From: Cyanophora paradoxa CCMP329
Taxonomy: Eukaryota > Plantae > Glaucophyta
NCBI GenBank assembly: GCA_004431415.1
Contig: QPMI01000536.1
Coordinates: 1 to 64,000, forward strand
DNA length: 64,000 bases
Reading direction: 5' to 3'
Under the pieces are notes generated by a model. The model was not told the DNA's origin, did not search any database, and was given only the letters and a program-made list of their open reading frames with translations. This document shows, in pieces, positions 13,416 to 26,036 of this stretch (within the stretch, counting starts at the first letter, position 1; the number at the start of each line of letters is the position of its first letter). The translations under genes were made by a program, and so were the position numbers.

Positions 13416-15311
13416 ATGGGACGGCGCGCGCGGCCGGTGGCGCGGGCCTCGGTTCAGCTGCGGCGGGCGCTCGAGCTCTCAGTGTCCATCATCGTCGTAT
13501 ACGTGGCGGCGTTTGCTCCGGCGCCGGTCTTCGGCAAGTGCTCACAATGCGCGGAATACGACCGCTCCATCATCATCAACCCAGGCGATACGACGGACTG
13601 CTTACAGTGTTCATCCCTCGACTGCGTCGATGCCGGGGGCATGGTGCAGCAGTTCGATGGCGAGAGCTACTGCATCAAAACAAATTGCACCGCCGGGCAG
13701 GAGATTCTCACTACGTACAACTGCACAAATGCAATCGACAGCGACGTCAGTCCGTATGATAACCCAGATGCACTCGGCAAACCAAAATGGGATTCGGCAT
13801 TCGATACCCTTGAAAACGTCAACTCGCGCCCGGCGGCTTGCTTCCCAGAGCGCGACCGCTTCGTCGCCTCCGATCCCGCGGGCTACTGGTTCGCGGCGAT
13901 GCGCCCCGTGTGCATCTGCCAGCCGCCCTCGTCAACGTCTCCAACTTCTGTTGCGCGGCGGGCAAAACGGTCGTCAACGGCGCCTGCGCGGACCCCCGAC
14001 GCCTTCGCCCAGCCCGAGCCCGAGCGCGACGCCGTCGGCCAGCCCCAGCCCTCGTCGACGCCCAGCCCTTCGGCGACGCCTTCCCGGCGGCCCTGACGAC
14101 TCCGTCCCCGACGCCTGCGACATCGCCGTCCGCCACGGCCGCGGCCACTCCTTCCCCGAGCCCCTCCCCTTCGCCAACGGCCACGCCCAAGCCGCCGCGT
14201 TTGGTGCGCGCTCCAAACCGCACGCGCAGCTGACTAGAAACTGAAGTTCTCCTGGCGGCGCTGCCTCTGACCTCCTGCGCGTGCGCAGAACATCACCAGG
14301 ATCGTCGTGCAGGGCATTGGCGCGAGCTTCAACCTCGCCTTCGACCCCGTCACCAACACGGCGGACGTCAGGACGCCCGTTGTTCGTGCCCCTCAGGCGG
14401 GTGGCGGCGAGGTTAGTGTCACGGGAGAGGTGAGCTCGATTTTTGAAAACGAATCCCCCATACATGCATGATTGTTTCTTTATATATTTTTCACGTTCAA
14501 GCAGTCACACGTGATTGATTTCGCAGAACTTCCCCGGTCCCCATCCTGCGAGCATCGACGTGTTCATCGTGTCCGGATCCGGAACCAACAATCGCGAGTG
14601 CAAGGCCATCAACGGCACGATCGTCAGCTCGACTCTAATTACGTTCCGTGCGTTGCGCCGCAAGACATCGACGCGCGCGAGGGGGTCGTACGCGTGACAG
14701 TGGCACGTTCGCGTGCAGGCATACCATCTGTCTCGGCATGCAATGTTAACGTCAACGTGAATAACGGACGCAGTGCAAAGCGCTCTGTGCTGGCGGTGCG
14801 TGAATGGGAATTCGAAAGCATTATATATATATTGCGGATTTGAATGAAAATCAATTTTTATTCACATGCTGATCATGGGTCACATGCTGCAGCCTGCGGA
14901 TGCTTTTACTCCAAGCACGAGCTACACCCTTCGGTTCAGCAGCCCCATCGGCATTTTCGTGCGTCGTCGATATCCGATTCCTGTACATGTACTTAATTAT
15001 AAGATTGTACCATTAGTAGTTGCACAAATGCTGACGAGACCAATGTTTTAACGCAGGCGGATTTCACGTTGCTGAACGTGTGTTTCGCCTTTTTGAATTT
15101 CCGTTCGATACAAAGCTTAAGAATACCTCGGGCTGAAACCGGAATCGCTTGTCGTTTCGCAGGCCTTCACATGGACTCCCACAGCTGCGGCCGCGGCGTG
15201 GTTTACATTCCGTTCATCTCAGCCGCCATCGTCGGCGCCGCCGCCTCGCGGCTGATCACCGGACTTTTCGCGGCGGCTTCCGTCGCTGCGACGTATACGT
15301 ACTGCGCTTAA
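13416..15311 (+). CDS. Secreted/surface Cys-rich protein with Ser-Pro-Thr linker (multi-exon, frameshifted in this assembly; 3' end uncertain)
   Basis: Hydrophobic leader (VSIIVVYVAAFAPAPVFG), Cys-rich domain, TPSPSPSPS linker, then short beta-rich exons bounded by GT..AG. Confidence 0.6.
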
Positions 15312-18300
15312 GCTTCCACGTGCACTCTGCACATCTAGGGGCCTGCGCATGCCTACACATGTACCGCGGAGCGTACCTTCGAAATTCGAACCCTGCAGCA
15401 GCTGTACAGTGCACGTGTGCGTTCGCTTCCATGGCCAGTCGCTAGCCTTCGAATTTTTCAAATACTAAATTGTGTACGCTTTATAATTATATCGCAAAAC
15501 GCTTTCAATAGCTGCACGGCTGTAAGTCCTTCATATATTATCTGTTTTCGGATTGGCTGGATATTGATCCTGGTTTTTCGGAACCCCCGGGGAGGGGGGG
15601 GGGGGGGGGGGGGGGGGGGTTGAAGGCGATGGCCCAATTTAGAAAATCAAAGACGAGCTAGCACGCCAGGCCACGCCTCTACATGCAAATCTACAGCTAG
15701 AGCTAGCCATAGTGAGTATTAATATTTTCTCGCGGACACGCGCACGTACGGTGTACGTTCACAATCCGTGATACGATATGACTAAGTTCATGTTCATGTT
15801 CGTGTTCTGCGCATGCAGACGACTCGACGCCCTACAGCTAAGTGAAGGCACCAGCTGCAGCTCGACGCGACTACTAGCTGTGCAGTCCCTTTAAATTTCA
15901 TATAGCGCGTGGAACGGGAGGCTGTACGTGTGTGCGCATGCAGTGTGTACAAATCACTAGCTATAGGATCGAAGCCAGATATTCGCTGAGGCGAACTACT
16001 AGGGCGCTTGCACGTCAACGTGTATTTACTCTAACAACCGATTCCAAAGTGGACTTTCTTCTTTCCTTTCAAATGCGTCAACGTCGGTTCTCGCAACCGG
16101 AGCGCTAACGCTAGCGCCATTCTTCTGCAAATTCCGCGCGCCGGCGCCCTTTCAAAGATCCCGAATTAACACTGCAGAGCACTGGCTGGAGGGGAGCCCC
16201 GGCAGGGGCGAGGCCGGGCGCCTCCGCGACGTGGAGGTCATGGGAGGCTCCAAAGTAAAGCATGGCACCCGCTTCCTTGCGATCGCCGCCCGGCCCTCCC
16301 CGGCCATGCTGACCATCCCTTCTGTCTCTAGATCTCCGCCTCCTCTCTCTTCCCCCGGGGGCCAAGGGCGAGCTCCGGCTCTGCTCCGACACCTTCGCCG
16401 CCGTCCCGGCGCTGGCCCCCGAGCCCCCGAGCTGAGCCTCCGCTCCCTCGAGGCCCGCCGCTGCTGCGCTAGGCCTAGGGCCGCCCGCGCCGCCTTACAA
16501 TCCCGCGCAGGCTCATGTCGGATACAGTGTGGGGGCCTCGGTTGCATGCGCAGGATTTTCTCCGCATGCGCAGCTGCAGGTTAATTTCGATTCGGAGAAC
16601 ACGAAACTAAATCCGGATCCGGAGCATCGCCTCTGGCCTACGACCCCCGGCCCACCTCCAGTTGCAAGGTGTACGAGGACGCGTACGGCGAGTGGATCTT
16701 TTTCGCGAGCGAGATCTTCCGCGGGGCGTTCCTCCCGCACGGCGTCGCCTTACACACTGGACAGATCTAGAGTCGCCTTAAACAGTAGTGCCTCTTGCCC
16801 CGCGGCCACCCTCGATTCTCCGGGTCCTCATGATCACGCACGGCAGGCCGCTAGCGCTGGGAGGACCTGCGCATGCATATGCTCACGGCACCAGGCTGCG
16901 CGAGCTGCGCCCCCACCGCCGCCCCCTCCCCCCCCCTCCCCCCCCCCCCTCCCGCCATCCCCCCACCGGTATCCCTGCCCCCCTCCCCCTTGCCCCCGCC
17001 CCCCTTCCCTCTCCGCCCTTCCTCCCCCCCCCCGCCCCCCCCGCCGCCCCCCCCCCCCCCCCCCCGCCCCTCCTCCCCTCCTCCTTTGGCCCCCCTCCCG
17101 CCCTCCTCGTTCGTCCCTCGCGCGGCCGCGGCCGCTATGACCTCGGCCCCCGCAGTTGTCGACGTCGTTTAATTTGCAAGTTGACTGATCGCATGAGTGA
17201 GTAAACGGGGCCGGGCGGATCTGGGGGACCACAGCCTGGCAGAACATTTTGGGCAGCTCGAAATGTGGCTCGGAGCTGCCCTCATCATGAAGTATTGTCT
17301 GTACCCGCGCCCCCCACGTGCACCCTGGCCCCGGCCCACCCCGCCTGGCCCCCCCGCCTCTAGCAGGCCTGCTAACGCGGCGCGGGCCGGGGCCCGCGAC
17401 ACGGGAGCAGCTCAACAAGCTTAAGTGCGCATGCGTGCCCCCCCCACACCCCCGGCCGCGGCCCAGCCCGTATACGTATATACGTAGCCCTGCAGCTGCA
17501 ACTCCGGATCCTGCAGCTTCCACCTGATGCAAGCCGATCCGCAGGCGTGCGGATGCATACGTGGGCTTTCAGCTACAGCGGGAGCTCGAAGCGCGCGGGA
17601 TGCACGTGGCAAATCTCGCCCGCGGCCGGGCCCCCGGGCCCCAATTGCAATTGCAAATTAATCAGACTTTTAAAAAGCGCCGCCACTTGGCGACTCCGCC
17701 AATAGCAATATTAATCCCCCCTCCGCCGCCGGCGAGACCGGCGCCACCGTACCGGCGGCGCCAGCCGCATGCGCAGGCACGTGACCGCAGCCCCCGGGGG
17801 TGGCCACGGCAGGCGACAGAGAAGCTCAGCGGCTCTCGAAGCCGTGCGGAGGCGCCGCGCAGCCGCGGCCGCCCTCGGATACCTAAGAAATCGAAGATCC
17901 CAGAGCGCCCCGGCCCGGAGCTGCGGGCGCGCAGGCAGCCCCCCCAGCCCGCGGCCCCCTGGCCCGGCGACCCCGGACTGCGACCCCGAGACCGCGGTCG
18001 TGTCAAAGTTAATATATAACTAGACCGGACTAGATCTTCGGACTGCCCACTTCTTCGCCCCTCTAGAAAATCGACGCCAGTGGACGTGAACAGCTTACCC
18101 CACGCTCGCATATTCATGACCAGCTGCAGCGTCCCTGGCCTTGCGATCGAGCTCTAGATCTCTCAGAGTCTAGATTTGACATCGACCGTCCCTAGGCCTG
18201 GTCCCGGCCCGTCCCCTTAGGCCTTCCGAAGTTCTGCTCATCCAGTGATATCGATTCAGGATATCGATGTGCCCCCCTAACGGGATCATGATTATACGCT

Positions 18301-19309
18301 GCGCAGGCCTGATTCAATATATTATTATGCAATTATATATAATTAATGTGCCATCTGCGAGCCCCGCCCCCCCCCTACCCCCCCCCCCGCCCCCCCTCCC
18401 TCCCCCCTACCACTAGGGGAAACCACCCCAGTTCCAATGGTTCGGAATCATGAAGTTTGCTGGCAAAACTGTGACTATTGTAAATCGGAACAACGAAGTT
18501 CCCAACTTCGTTCGCACTATGCACAGCTCTCGTACGATCATGTAGTACCGACAGCGTCAGTTGTAACGAGAGCAATCCAGAGCTGTCCACAGAGAACAAG
18601 GCGCGGCCGGGGCGCGGCACAGGGCGCCCGGGGAGCAATATCAGTGCGCTAGGGCAGCTAAGTAGGGGTCATAGCTACGACTGGCACCGCGGGCGCGGCC
18701 CCGGAGCTCGGTTGCAGCCGCCGAGTCGATCAGCGCGGGCGGCCTCCTGAGCGCTTCTAAACGCTAGCTGTGGATGTGATTTCGTGTTTGGTGCGTGTGC
18801 GGCCCGCGCCGGGCCTCTCAGTAGGGGTGCCGACCGCGCGCCTTGTAGGAAGCGCGCACGCGGGCCGCGTCAGTGCCAACGCTTTGCTATGAAGGCCTAT
18901 ATGCTATAGAGACCGCGTTTGCACAGCTGGAGCCCGCGGTTCCGGGTGTGCCGTGGCTCGTTGGGGTACTGCGTGCTGTTAAGTGGTGCTAGTACCCCCA
19001 AGCGGCGAAGCGGCGGAAGCGCTGACAAACGGAGCCGGCTGAAGAAAGTGCGCTTAATCGGGCCTTACTGGTCAGATTGGCTCACAATGCGCAGGTTCCA
19101 GTGACCAGGTTCCATGGTGCGAGCTGCCGCGGCTCCGATCTTCTTCAAGAGCTTCCGGGCGAGCTAGCGATGGCGCTCTTGGTCAAGCTTTCGTTTGTAG
19201 AGCGCGTCCGGCTCGAGCGCGTGTCGAGGCTGTCCTAGACTTTCGTGAGACTAGCCTCGCCATCGACCACAGGCGAGACGGAGGCGTGGCGGACGGCGGC
19301 GCGGCTTGC

Positions 19310-20720
19310 CGTACGCGACGGGAGCTCGTCGGGCGGCGGCGCGGCTCACCGCACGGCGCCGGGGCGCGGCGGGCGGCGGCGCGGCTCACCGCACGGCGCG
19401 GAAGCTCGACGGGCGGGCGGGGGCTCGGCGGGCGGCGGCGCAGCTCACCGCACGCGACGGGGGCTTGGCGAGTGCCGGCGCGGCTCGCCGGGCAGGGCGG
19501 AGACTCGTCGGGCGGCGGCGCAGCTCGACGGGTGGGGCGGGGACCGTCGGACGCGGCGGGCGGCGGCGCGGCTCTCCGGGCGGGGCGGGGGCGCGGCGGG
19601 CGGCGGCGCGGCTCTCCGGGCGGGGCGGCGGCGCGGCGGGCGGCGGCGCAGCTCTCCGGGCGGGGCGGCGGCGCGGCGGGCGGCGGCGCGGCTCGCCGGG
19701 CGGGGCGGAAACTCGTCGGGCGGCGGCGCAGCTCTCCGGGCGGGGCGGGGACGCGGGGGCGGCGGCGCGGCTCTCCGGGCGGGGCGGCGGCGCGGCGGGC
19801 GGCGGCGCGGCTCGCCGGGCGGGGCGGAGACTCGTCGGGCGGCGGCGCAGCTCGACGGGTGGGGCGGGGACGCGGGGGCGGCGGCGCGGCTCTCCGGGCG
19901 GGCGGCGGCGCGGCGGGCGGCGGCGCATCTCGCCGCACGGGGCGGGGCGCGGCGGGCGGCGGCGCAGCTCGACGGGTGGGGCGGGGACGCGGGGGCGGCG
20001 GCGCGGCTCTCCGGGCGGGCGGCGGCGCGGCGGGCGGCGGCGCGGCTCGCCGGGCGGGGCGGGAGCTCGTCGGGCGGCGGCGCAGCTCGGCGGGCGGAGC
20101 GGAGGCGCGGCGGACGGCGGTGGGGCTCGCCGGGCGGGGCGGCGGCGCGGCGGGCGACGGCGCGGCTCGCCGGGCGGGCGGAAACTCGTCGGGCGGCGGC
20201 GCAGCTCGACGGGTGGGGCGGGGACGCGGGGGCGGCGGCGCGGCTCTCCGGGCGGGGCGGCGGCGCGGCGGGCGGCGGCGCAGCTCGCCGCACGGGGCGG
20301 GGCGCGGCGGGCGGCGGCGCAGCTCGACGGTGGGGCGGGGACGCGGGGGCGGCGGCGCGGCTCTCCGGGCGGGGCGGCGGCGCGGCGGGCGACGGCGCAG
20401 CTCGCCGCACGGGGCGGAGACTCGTCGGGCGGCGGCGCAGCTCGACGGGCGGGGCGGCGGCGCGGCGGGCGACGGCGCGGCTCGCCGGGTGGGGCGGAAA
20501 CTCGTCGGGCGGCGGCGCAGCTCGACGGGCGGGGCGGGGACGCGGCGGGCGGCGGCGCGGCTCTCCGGGCGGGGCGGCGGGGCGGCGGGTGGCGGTGCTG
20601 CTCTCCGGGCGGGCGGCGGCGCGGCGGGCGGCTTTGTGGACGGCGGCGCGGGTCGCAGGGCGGGGCGGCGGCGCGGCGGGCAACAGCTCCGCGGCGGGGC
20701 TCGCCGCACGGGGCGGGGGC
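19310..20720. repeat. GC-rich minisatellite with variant units of about 30-40 bp
   Basis: Recurrent core GGGCGGCGGCGC(G/A)GCTC followed by variable tails; stop-free in all frames. Confidence 0.9.
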
Positions 20721-22303
20721 TCTGCGGCTTCAAGGCTAGTTACCACGTGCACGTCAAAATATGTTGCTTTGACGTACTGCTTCATGGCCTGGCTGCGCGA
20801 CGTGCGCACTGTGGCACTGCAGATCTAGAACAGAATCAGATGCACCCCTTCCCCCTTCGTGTCCGGATCCTAGAGCCTCGGAGCAAGCCGCCGAAGATGA
20901 TTCACGCTAAAATAACTAAGTTTATTGAAAGGGAGATGTTTATAGCATATAATTATATGAGATGTGCTGGGTGACATAATGCCGCACTATCCGATGATCA
21001 CTTTTGAGTTGACAAGCCGAAAGTACGACTCCAACTTCTCGACATAACACTGACTCATGATCAGTGATCATGATCGATATTCAATGATTGAACGTGCCGC
21101 ATGATTGTGCAAGATGAAAATCGGACAGCATGATGAACATCCATTATACTTTCATTTAACTCGGTGAGTCCATCGAGAATGAGGCCAGGCGGCTCGCTCT
21201 AACATCGAGCCCTTCGAGAGCCCGTGCTGTGGCGTGTGCGCAGGGCCTGGGCTCGATCCTAGACAGCGAAACAATCAATTTCCAAACGCTTTACAAGATC
21301 CTGCCACTAGTCAGAGCGGCGCGCGCCCTGCACTGTCCACTAGCATGAGATTCTCCAGGTGGGGTCCGTGACAGACTCGGATCAAATCGAGCGCCCGAAG
21401 GCCACGACGAGGCAGGCGTATATCTATGCACCGTATTAGCACTTCTATGAAAAAAAGAGCAAAATGCTGCGATACGGGCGCAAGCGCACCGGCACGCACG
21501 GCAGCGCGTCGTGGAATCTGTGTGGTGGGGTCAGTTCAAAGGCGCGTGGCCGAGCGAGCGACACGCGACAGTAGCGCAAACTCCTGCAGTGCGTGCAAAC
21601 TGCGTATGTGGTCAGTGCAGTCTCGCACGCCCGCCCCGGCGGACGGAGGGCCGGGCTCTCAACGCGGCAGGTGTCCGATTGACGTCTGGCGGCGGGCTGC
21701 TGTCTGGAAGCACGCCCAGCTGCTACAGTCGGCCGTCGGCAGGCTTCGGCTTGCTGCTGGCCCAGGGTAGATCCGGCTGGTCCGGGGTATACGTGGATCC
21801 TCGCTAACGGCCAGCAGCTTCAAACAGCGGCCCAACCTGCACCTAACTCGCGCTCGAGCAGCGTCTAGGGACCTCTAGCGAGCTGCTGTGCCTTGCTCTC
21901 GCGCAGGAAAGCCGCGGCAGTCGGCTGCAGCCGGGTTTTGAACAGACCAGGTCCGACGGCCCGTCCCCGGCGGGCTGCCGAGCGCTCATGTGCCCTTTGC
22001 TTCCCAGAGCGCTCCTAGAAGCGGGCGGCTTCCTCGCCGAGCGCCGAGCGGCATTTTCCGCGGTCTCGCAAGGTTCGACCGGCAACCCTCGCGTAAATCA
22101 TGCCTCGGGAGGCGCCGCGGTCGTTTTATGTGCTCGTTGCGCTGAACATGTTGCGCAGGAGCGGTCGGTGGACGTGCGCTCGTCTGTTCCGTTGAGTCCA
22201 TCCGGCCGCTCGCTTGAGTGAGCGTTCCAGCCCTGCGGTCTCCGCTCGCTTGAGTGAGCGTCGTGGTCTCCGCGCTCGAAGAGTGATCTTCGTTGCGCAG
22301 GAC

Positions 22304-22717
22304 ATGGGCGATAAGCGTGAGGCGGCGGCCGCGGTTCCGGAGGCGACAGCCGCGCCGGTGTTCAAGGAGCTCGAGGTACTGCCCCGCCTATTTCTCAACG
22401 AGTCTGACGTGCAGTTTTAGCCCGCGCGGAAGCGCCGCAGGAGGAGGCAGCCCGCACGCTGCGCTCCGACGGCCCAGACTTTGACCCTTGCTGCACCCGA
22501 CTTCGTCTGTTGCGAAACGGTGCGGTCCTCACCTTAACGCTTCCCCCTCAATCTGAATCTGACTTCCGCACAGGAACCTGTGGGCTACTTGAAAGTCGCT
22601 CACATCTTGCCCTTCCTCAAGGACGGGCTCAAGGTGCGGCTCTTCGTCGCCAAGATCGACGTCTACGTCGTCGACGAGGGGTTCTTCTTCGTCGGCATCG
22701 GCATTCTAGTGCCCAAG
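22304..22717 (+). CDS. 5' exons of an unknown host gene, apparently interrupted by the viral element
   Basis: ATG-MGDKREAAA...ELE|gt, then ag|EPVGYLKVAHILPFLKDGLKVRLFVAKIDVYVVDEGFFFVGIGILVPK|gt; GC3-rich codons; no downstream exon before the viral DNA. Confidence 0.45.
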
Positions 22718-22884
22718 GTACGGGCCAAGATGAACCTCCCCCCCTCCCCCTCCACAATTCCCTCGCCCCACGTCGCCCCCGCAGTACACTCTCCTAGCTA
22801 CATCTAGATGCCCCCCCCCCCCCCCCCCCCGCCTCCACTCCGCTCCCTCCGGGCCCCCGGTGGGGGTACGCCTTTGCCGGCGTC

Positions 22885-24018
22885 TATGATAACAACTATA
22901 ACTTTCTGCCCTGTAAAATAGCAGCAAGGGCTACCTCTGCTGCTCCCACCTACTTTTCTCCTGTGAGTATAGTTGATTTTAATCGAGGGGTAACTGCTTG
23001 CCTTATTGATGGTGCTATTTCAGGAAACAATAACCCAAGTGTGTGTGGCTATAGCCATGCGAGGAAGATTTACAGTGATGATGATGACATTATAGTTATA
23101 AGCATCTCTTGTGGTGAGGTAGACCCATATTTAGAGTCTGATTATTTCGGCTATGGTTATGAGACTGTGAACAGTTGGGGCATTCTCTCATGGATTGCCT
23201 CAACAGATGGAAGCCCATTGATTAACATGCTCATGGCAGCAAGTGAGCTGTCAGCTCTTGACAAGATGGAGGAGTTGCTGCCTTACAACTACGATCAGGA
23301 TTATGGGAGGTACTATAGGCTATCTGTTCCTCTTCCAAATCACATAGTCAAGTCCCTTGATGATACCTCTAAAATCCCCGACATGCTTTCGTTCACTGAG
23401 ACATACATAGCAGCAAACAACACCATGATTAATAAGCTTTGCGATTTGCTGGTAGCAAACTATGAATTAAAGAACCCATCAAAAGCTTATATCTCTTCCA
23501 CTCTCACCCTGTCACCACCTTTGGATGCTAATTGGTACAAACTTGCTGATGATGCTTTTACTGCCTCCTCCTCTGTGATAGGTAAAGAGCCCCACATGGC
23601 TCGACCTTCATCATTTGGCTGGGAAGCTGGGGCATTTGCTCCAGAGCAGATATGGGAGACCCCCACTGAGTACCTTCAAGTTGCTTTCCCATACACTTTT
23701 GAACTCTCTTCAGTGGTTGCCTATGGGTCAGGGGACACCAATGCTTTTATAAAGACTTTCAATGTGGCTACATCAACTAATGGGATCAACTGGTCTTTTA
23801 TTCGAGCAGAAGGGCAGAACAAAACATTTGTTTGTGAGAATATAAACAATGCTAATAATTCCGGCGATATAGCTTTATTAAATGGTTACCCTCTCACCAT
23901 CAAGGATGCTTTCTACGTAGGGTTCTCTTTGAGAATCAAATATGTTCGCATTTATCCCCTTGTCTATGTGAATGCTCCCACAATGAGAGTCGATTTTACA
24001 GGTGCGTTTATTCGATAA
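22885..24018 (+). CDS. Patatin-like phospholipase C-terminal half fused to a discoidin (F5/8 type C) domain, 5'-truncated
   Basis: In-frame AARATSAAPTYFSP (22921-22962), LIDGAISGNNNPS, ISISCG and WGILSW are patatin motifs; EYLQV...KYVRIYP...MRVDFTG is discoidin-like; the GxGxxG/GxSxG half is absent. Confidence 0.8.
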   Translation, partial: YDNNYNFLPCKIAARATSAAPTYFSPVSIVDFNRGVTACLIDGAISGNNNPSVCGYSHARKIYSDDDDIIVISISCGEVDPYLESDYFGYGYETVNSWGILSWIASTDGSPLINMLMAASELSALDKMEELLPYNYDQDYGRYYRLSVPLPNHIVKSLDDTSKIPDMLSFTETYIAANNTMINKLCDLLVANYELKNPSKAYISSTLTLSPPLDANWYKLADDAFTASSSVIGKEPHMARPSSFGWEAGAFAPEQIWETPTEYLQVAFPYTFELSSVVAYGSGDTNAFIKTFNVATSTNGINWSFIRAEGQNKTFVCENINNANNSGDIALLNGYPLTIKDAFYVGFSLRIKYVRIYPLVYVNAPTMRVDFTGAFIR

Positions 24019-24943
24019 ACTCGAGCTGAAAAGAATTGTCAATTCCATTCATGTCAATGATGTCACCAAAGTAGTCTTTGAACTCAACTGTTAGTTCTCT
24101 CACCACCAGATGTCGGTCATTAATTCGAATAAACTCCCCATGTTCACCATTATAGTAAACATAGCCTCCTATATCCTTGCTTAATTGGAGTCTCAGTATG
24201 GCGCCTTGGTTTTGTGGCTGTGATTTTGGGACTATATTATGTCTGCTGGCAAAGGGAGCAAGTTCTTTGACATGTAAATAAAGGTACTGCTCAGCATTCA
24301 TATCTGCCATCTTATTGCTGTAATAAACATATCTAAGAGGTGTGGATGAAAGTCTGGATCCCGAAAAGGTAGTTCCCCACAAGGGGTGATTGAGTGTGAT
24401 AGGTTTGCCATCATACTTTAGAAAATTCTCAGGGCGATATGGAGATTGAGAGGGCGAATTGTCATCCATAAATGAAGACTGGAACTCAGTTGAGCTTAAA
24501 CCCAATAGCTTACCAATGCGCTTATTGCTTGCTTTTATACGGAAAAATCTGTTACTGTAGAACTCCACTTTATAAGTGGTTGGATTGTAGAATAATTTGA
24601 ATTCGAAAGCAACTGTTTTTCCTGCTATAGTTTCCTCATAGAACACATAGTTCAATCCATAGTTGTATGGTTGGGTGACCCCAAAATGACCCTGATTGAT
24701 ATAACCGGTTGGCAGAGGAGAGATGTTGTAAGTTACTGTTTCAGTGACAGAACTATCCTGATAGGTGAATTCCACTATTAAATGATCTGTTCCCACACTA
24801 TTGTAAATGCTGTTTGGAATTTCTGCGTAAATAACCCTACACTCTCGAGGTCTCTCTACTGGTGTTGTGAGGGCAACCCTGTAAGAGTTTTCGGTTTCAC
24901 CTTGGCTGCGATCCCTGCTATCAACATTGACAAGCCGGTTCAT
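24008..24943 (-). CDS. Minor capsid (penton) protein 1
   Basis: N-terminal VDSRDR...AEIPNSIYN and C-terminal YLYLHVKEL...LTVEFKDYFGDIIDMNGIDNSFQLEF, typical of single-jelly-roll pentons of PLVs/NCLDVs. Confidence 0.85.
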   Translation of the reverse strand: MNRLVNVDSRDRSQGETENSYRVALTTPVERPRECRVIYAEIPNSIYNSVGTDHLIVEFTYQDSSVTETVTYNISPLPTGYINQGHFGVTQPYNYGLNYVFYEETIAGKTVAFEFKLFYNPTTYKVEFYSNRFFRIKASNKRIGKLLGLSSTEFQSSFMDDNSPSQSPYRPENFLKYDGKPITLNHPLWGTTFSGSRLSSTPLRYVYYSNKMADMNAEQYLYLHVKELAPFASRHNIVPKSQPQNQGAILRLQLSKDIGGYVYYNGEHGEFIRINDRHLVVRELTVEFKDYFGDIIDMNGIDNSFQLEFIE

Positions 24944-24972
24944 TTTAATATATGAATATAGATAAAAGGAGA

Positions 24973-25982
24973 ATGCCCGTGGACTACATTGAGGTGAGCT
25001 CTTTTAATACAATCTCTGGTGACGGTCCTACTTCAAGCTTTGTAGCTCGACTTCCAAACATATATGAGAATGTGAGGGCTGTCAGGCTGGTCTCGGCCGA
25101 ATTTTATAATAGTATCCCTATGGTGAGTGGTGAAACGCAACCAGGGGATATTACAATTGATAATTCATTCAGCATTTTTGGAGTGAAGAATTCGATGGTG
25201 CTGGCATTGATGGCATTCCAACTACTCGACCAGCGGCCGGCTTTGAACCTTGGAAGCAATTAATCATAAGTCGCAAAAAACCCATTCAAAGCCACCAGCA
25301 ATTGGTAAATGTAATTAATGCGAAATTCGATGATAGAGAGCCGGAACCATCTATTCGCTGTAAATGGGATGAGTCACTAAAACGAATTATATTCCACTCA
25401 GAGAAACCTTTCTATCTAGCCTTCTCTGTTGCTGGAAATCCAAACCAGAAAACGATCCAAAAGTTACTGAGCGCTGCCCGATTGCTTGGTCTTGATCCCG
25501 GAAGATATGGAAATTCCCCAATCCAATCACAGGTTTATAATGCTCTTACTGATGGCATCTTTACTGGTGAACGGGTGAATGGTATTATATCTTCGTTTGA
25601 GCCTGAAAAGACCAGGGACAGTGTTTTATTTGTCAGAGTAAAAGAGTTGGGTGATCTGGTTCAGTGTGGGGATGGTCTCCTGACTGGTTACTTCCACAAA
25701 ATCGTGGTTCCTGACAAGGACTATGGTGAGCATGTGGTTTACAATTCAACAGAATCTCACCCACTTTACAAGTACTATAACAAAAAAATGGGTTTGTCTA
25801 CATTCTCTGTGGATATAGTAAATGCTATAAACGAACCAATCGATTTTGAGGGTCAACCTGTCCACCTCACATTTGAAATTCGATATGGGGAGGAGCCAGC
25901 AGGCGACCCTGTCTATGAATACTTTAAGATGCGGATGTCACAAAGTCATCCAACATATCCAATCATTGCGAGTTTTGGGTAA
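24973..25982 (+). CDS. Minor capsid (penton) protein 2, one frameshift near 25175-25190
   Basis: LPNIYENVRAVRLVSAEFYNS at the N-terminus; LFVRVKEL...IDFEGQPVHLTFEI at the C-terminus; second frame is open from at least 25191. Confidence 0.8.
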
Positions 25983-26036
25983 ACACAAGGTTCATTCGTA
26001 ATTTTTTTATGTTACAGTATAATAAAAGAGAAAATC

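Noticed and set aside
19183-20974. 450-560 aa Arg/Ala/Gly/Pro ORFs on both strands
   Set aside because: By-product of a stop-free GC minisatellite.
22800-22960. Left TIR or TSD of the viral element
   Set aside because: No match to the right-end sequence; the junction falls inside the patatin gene.
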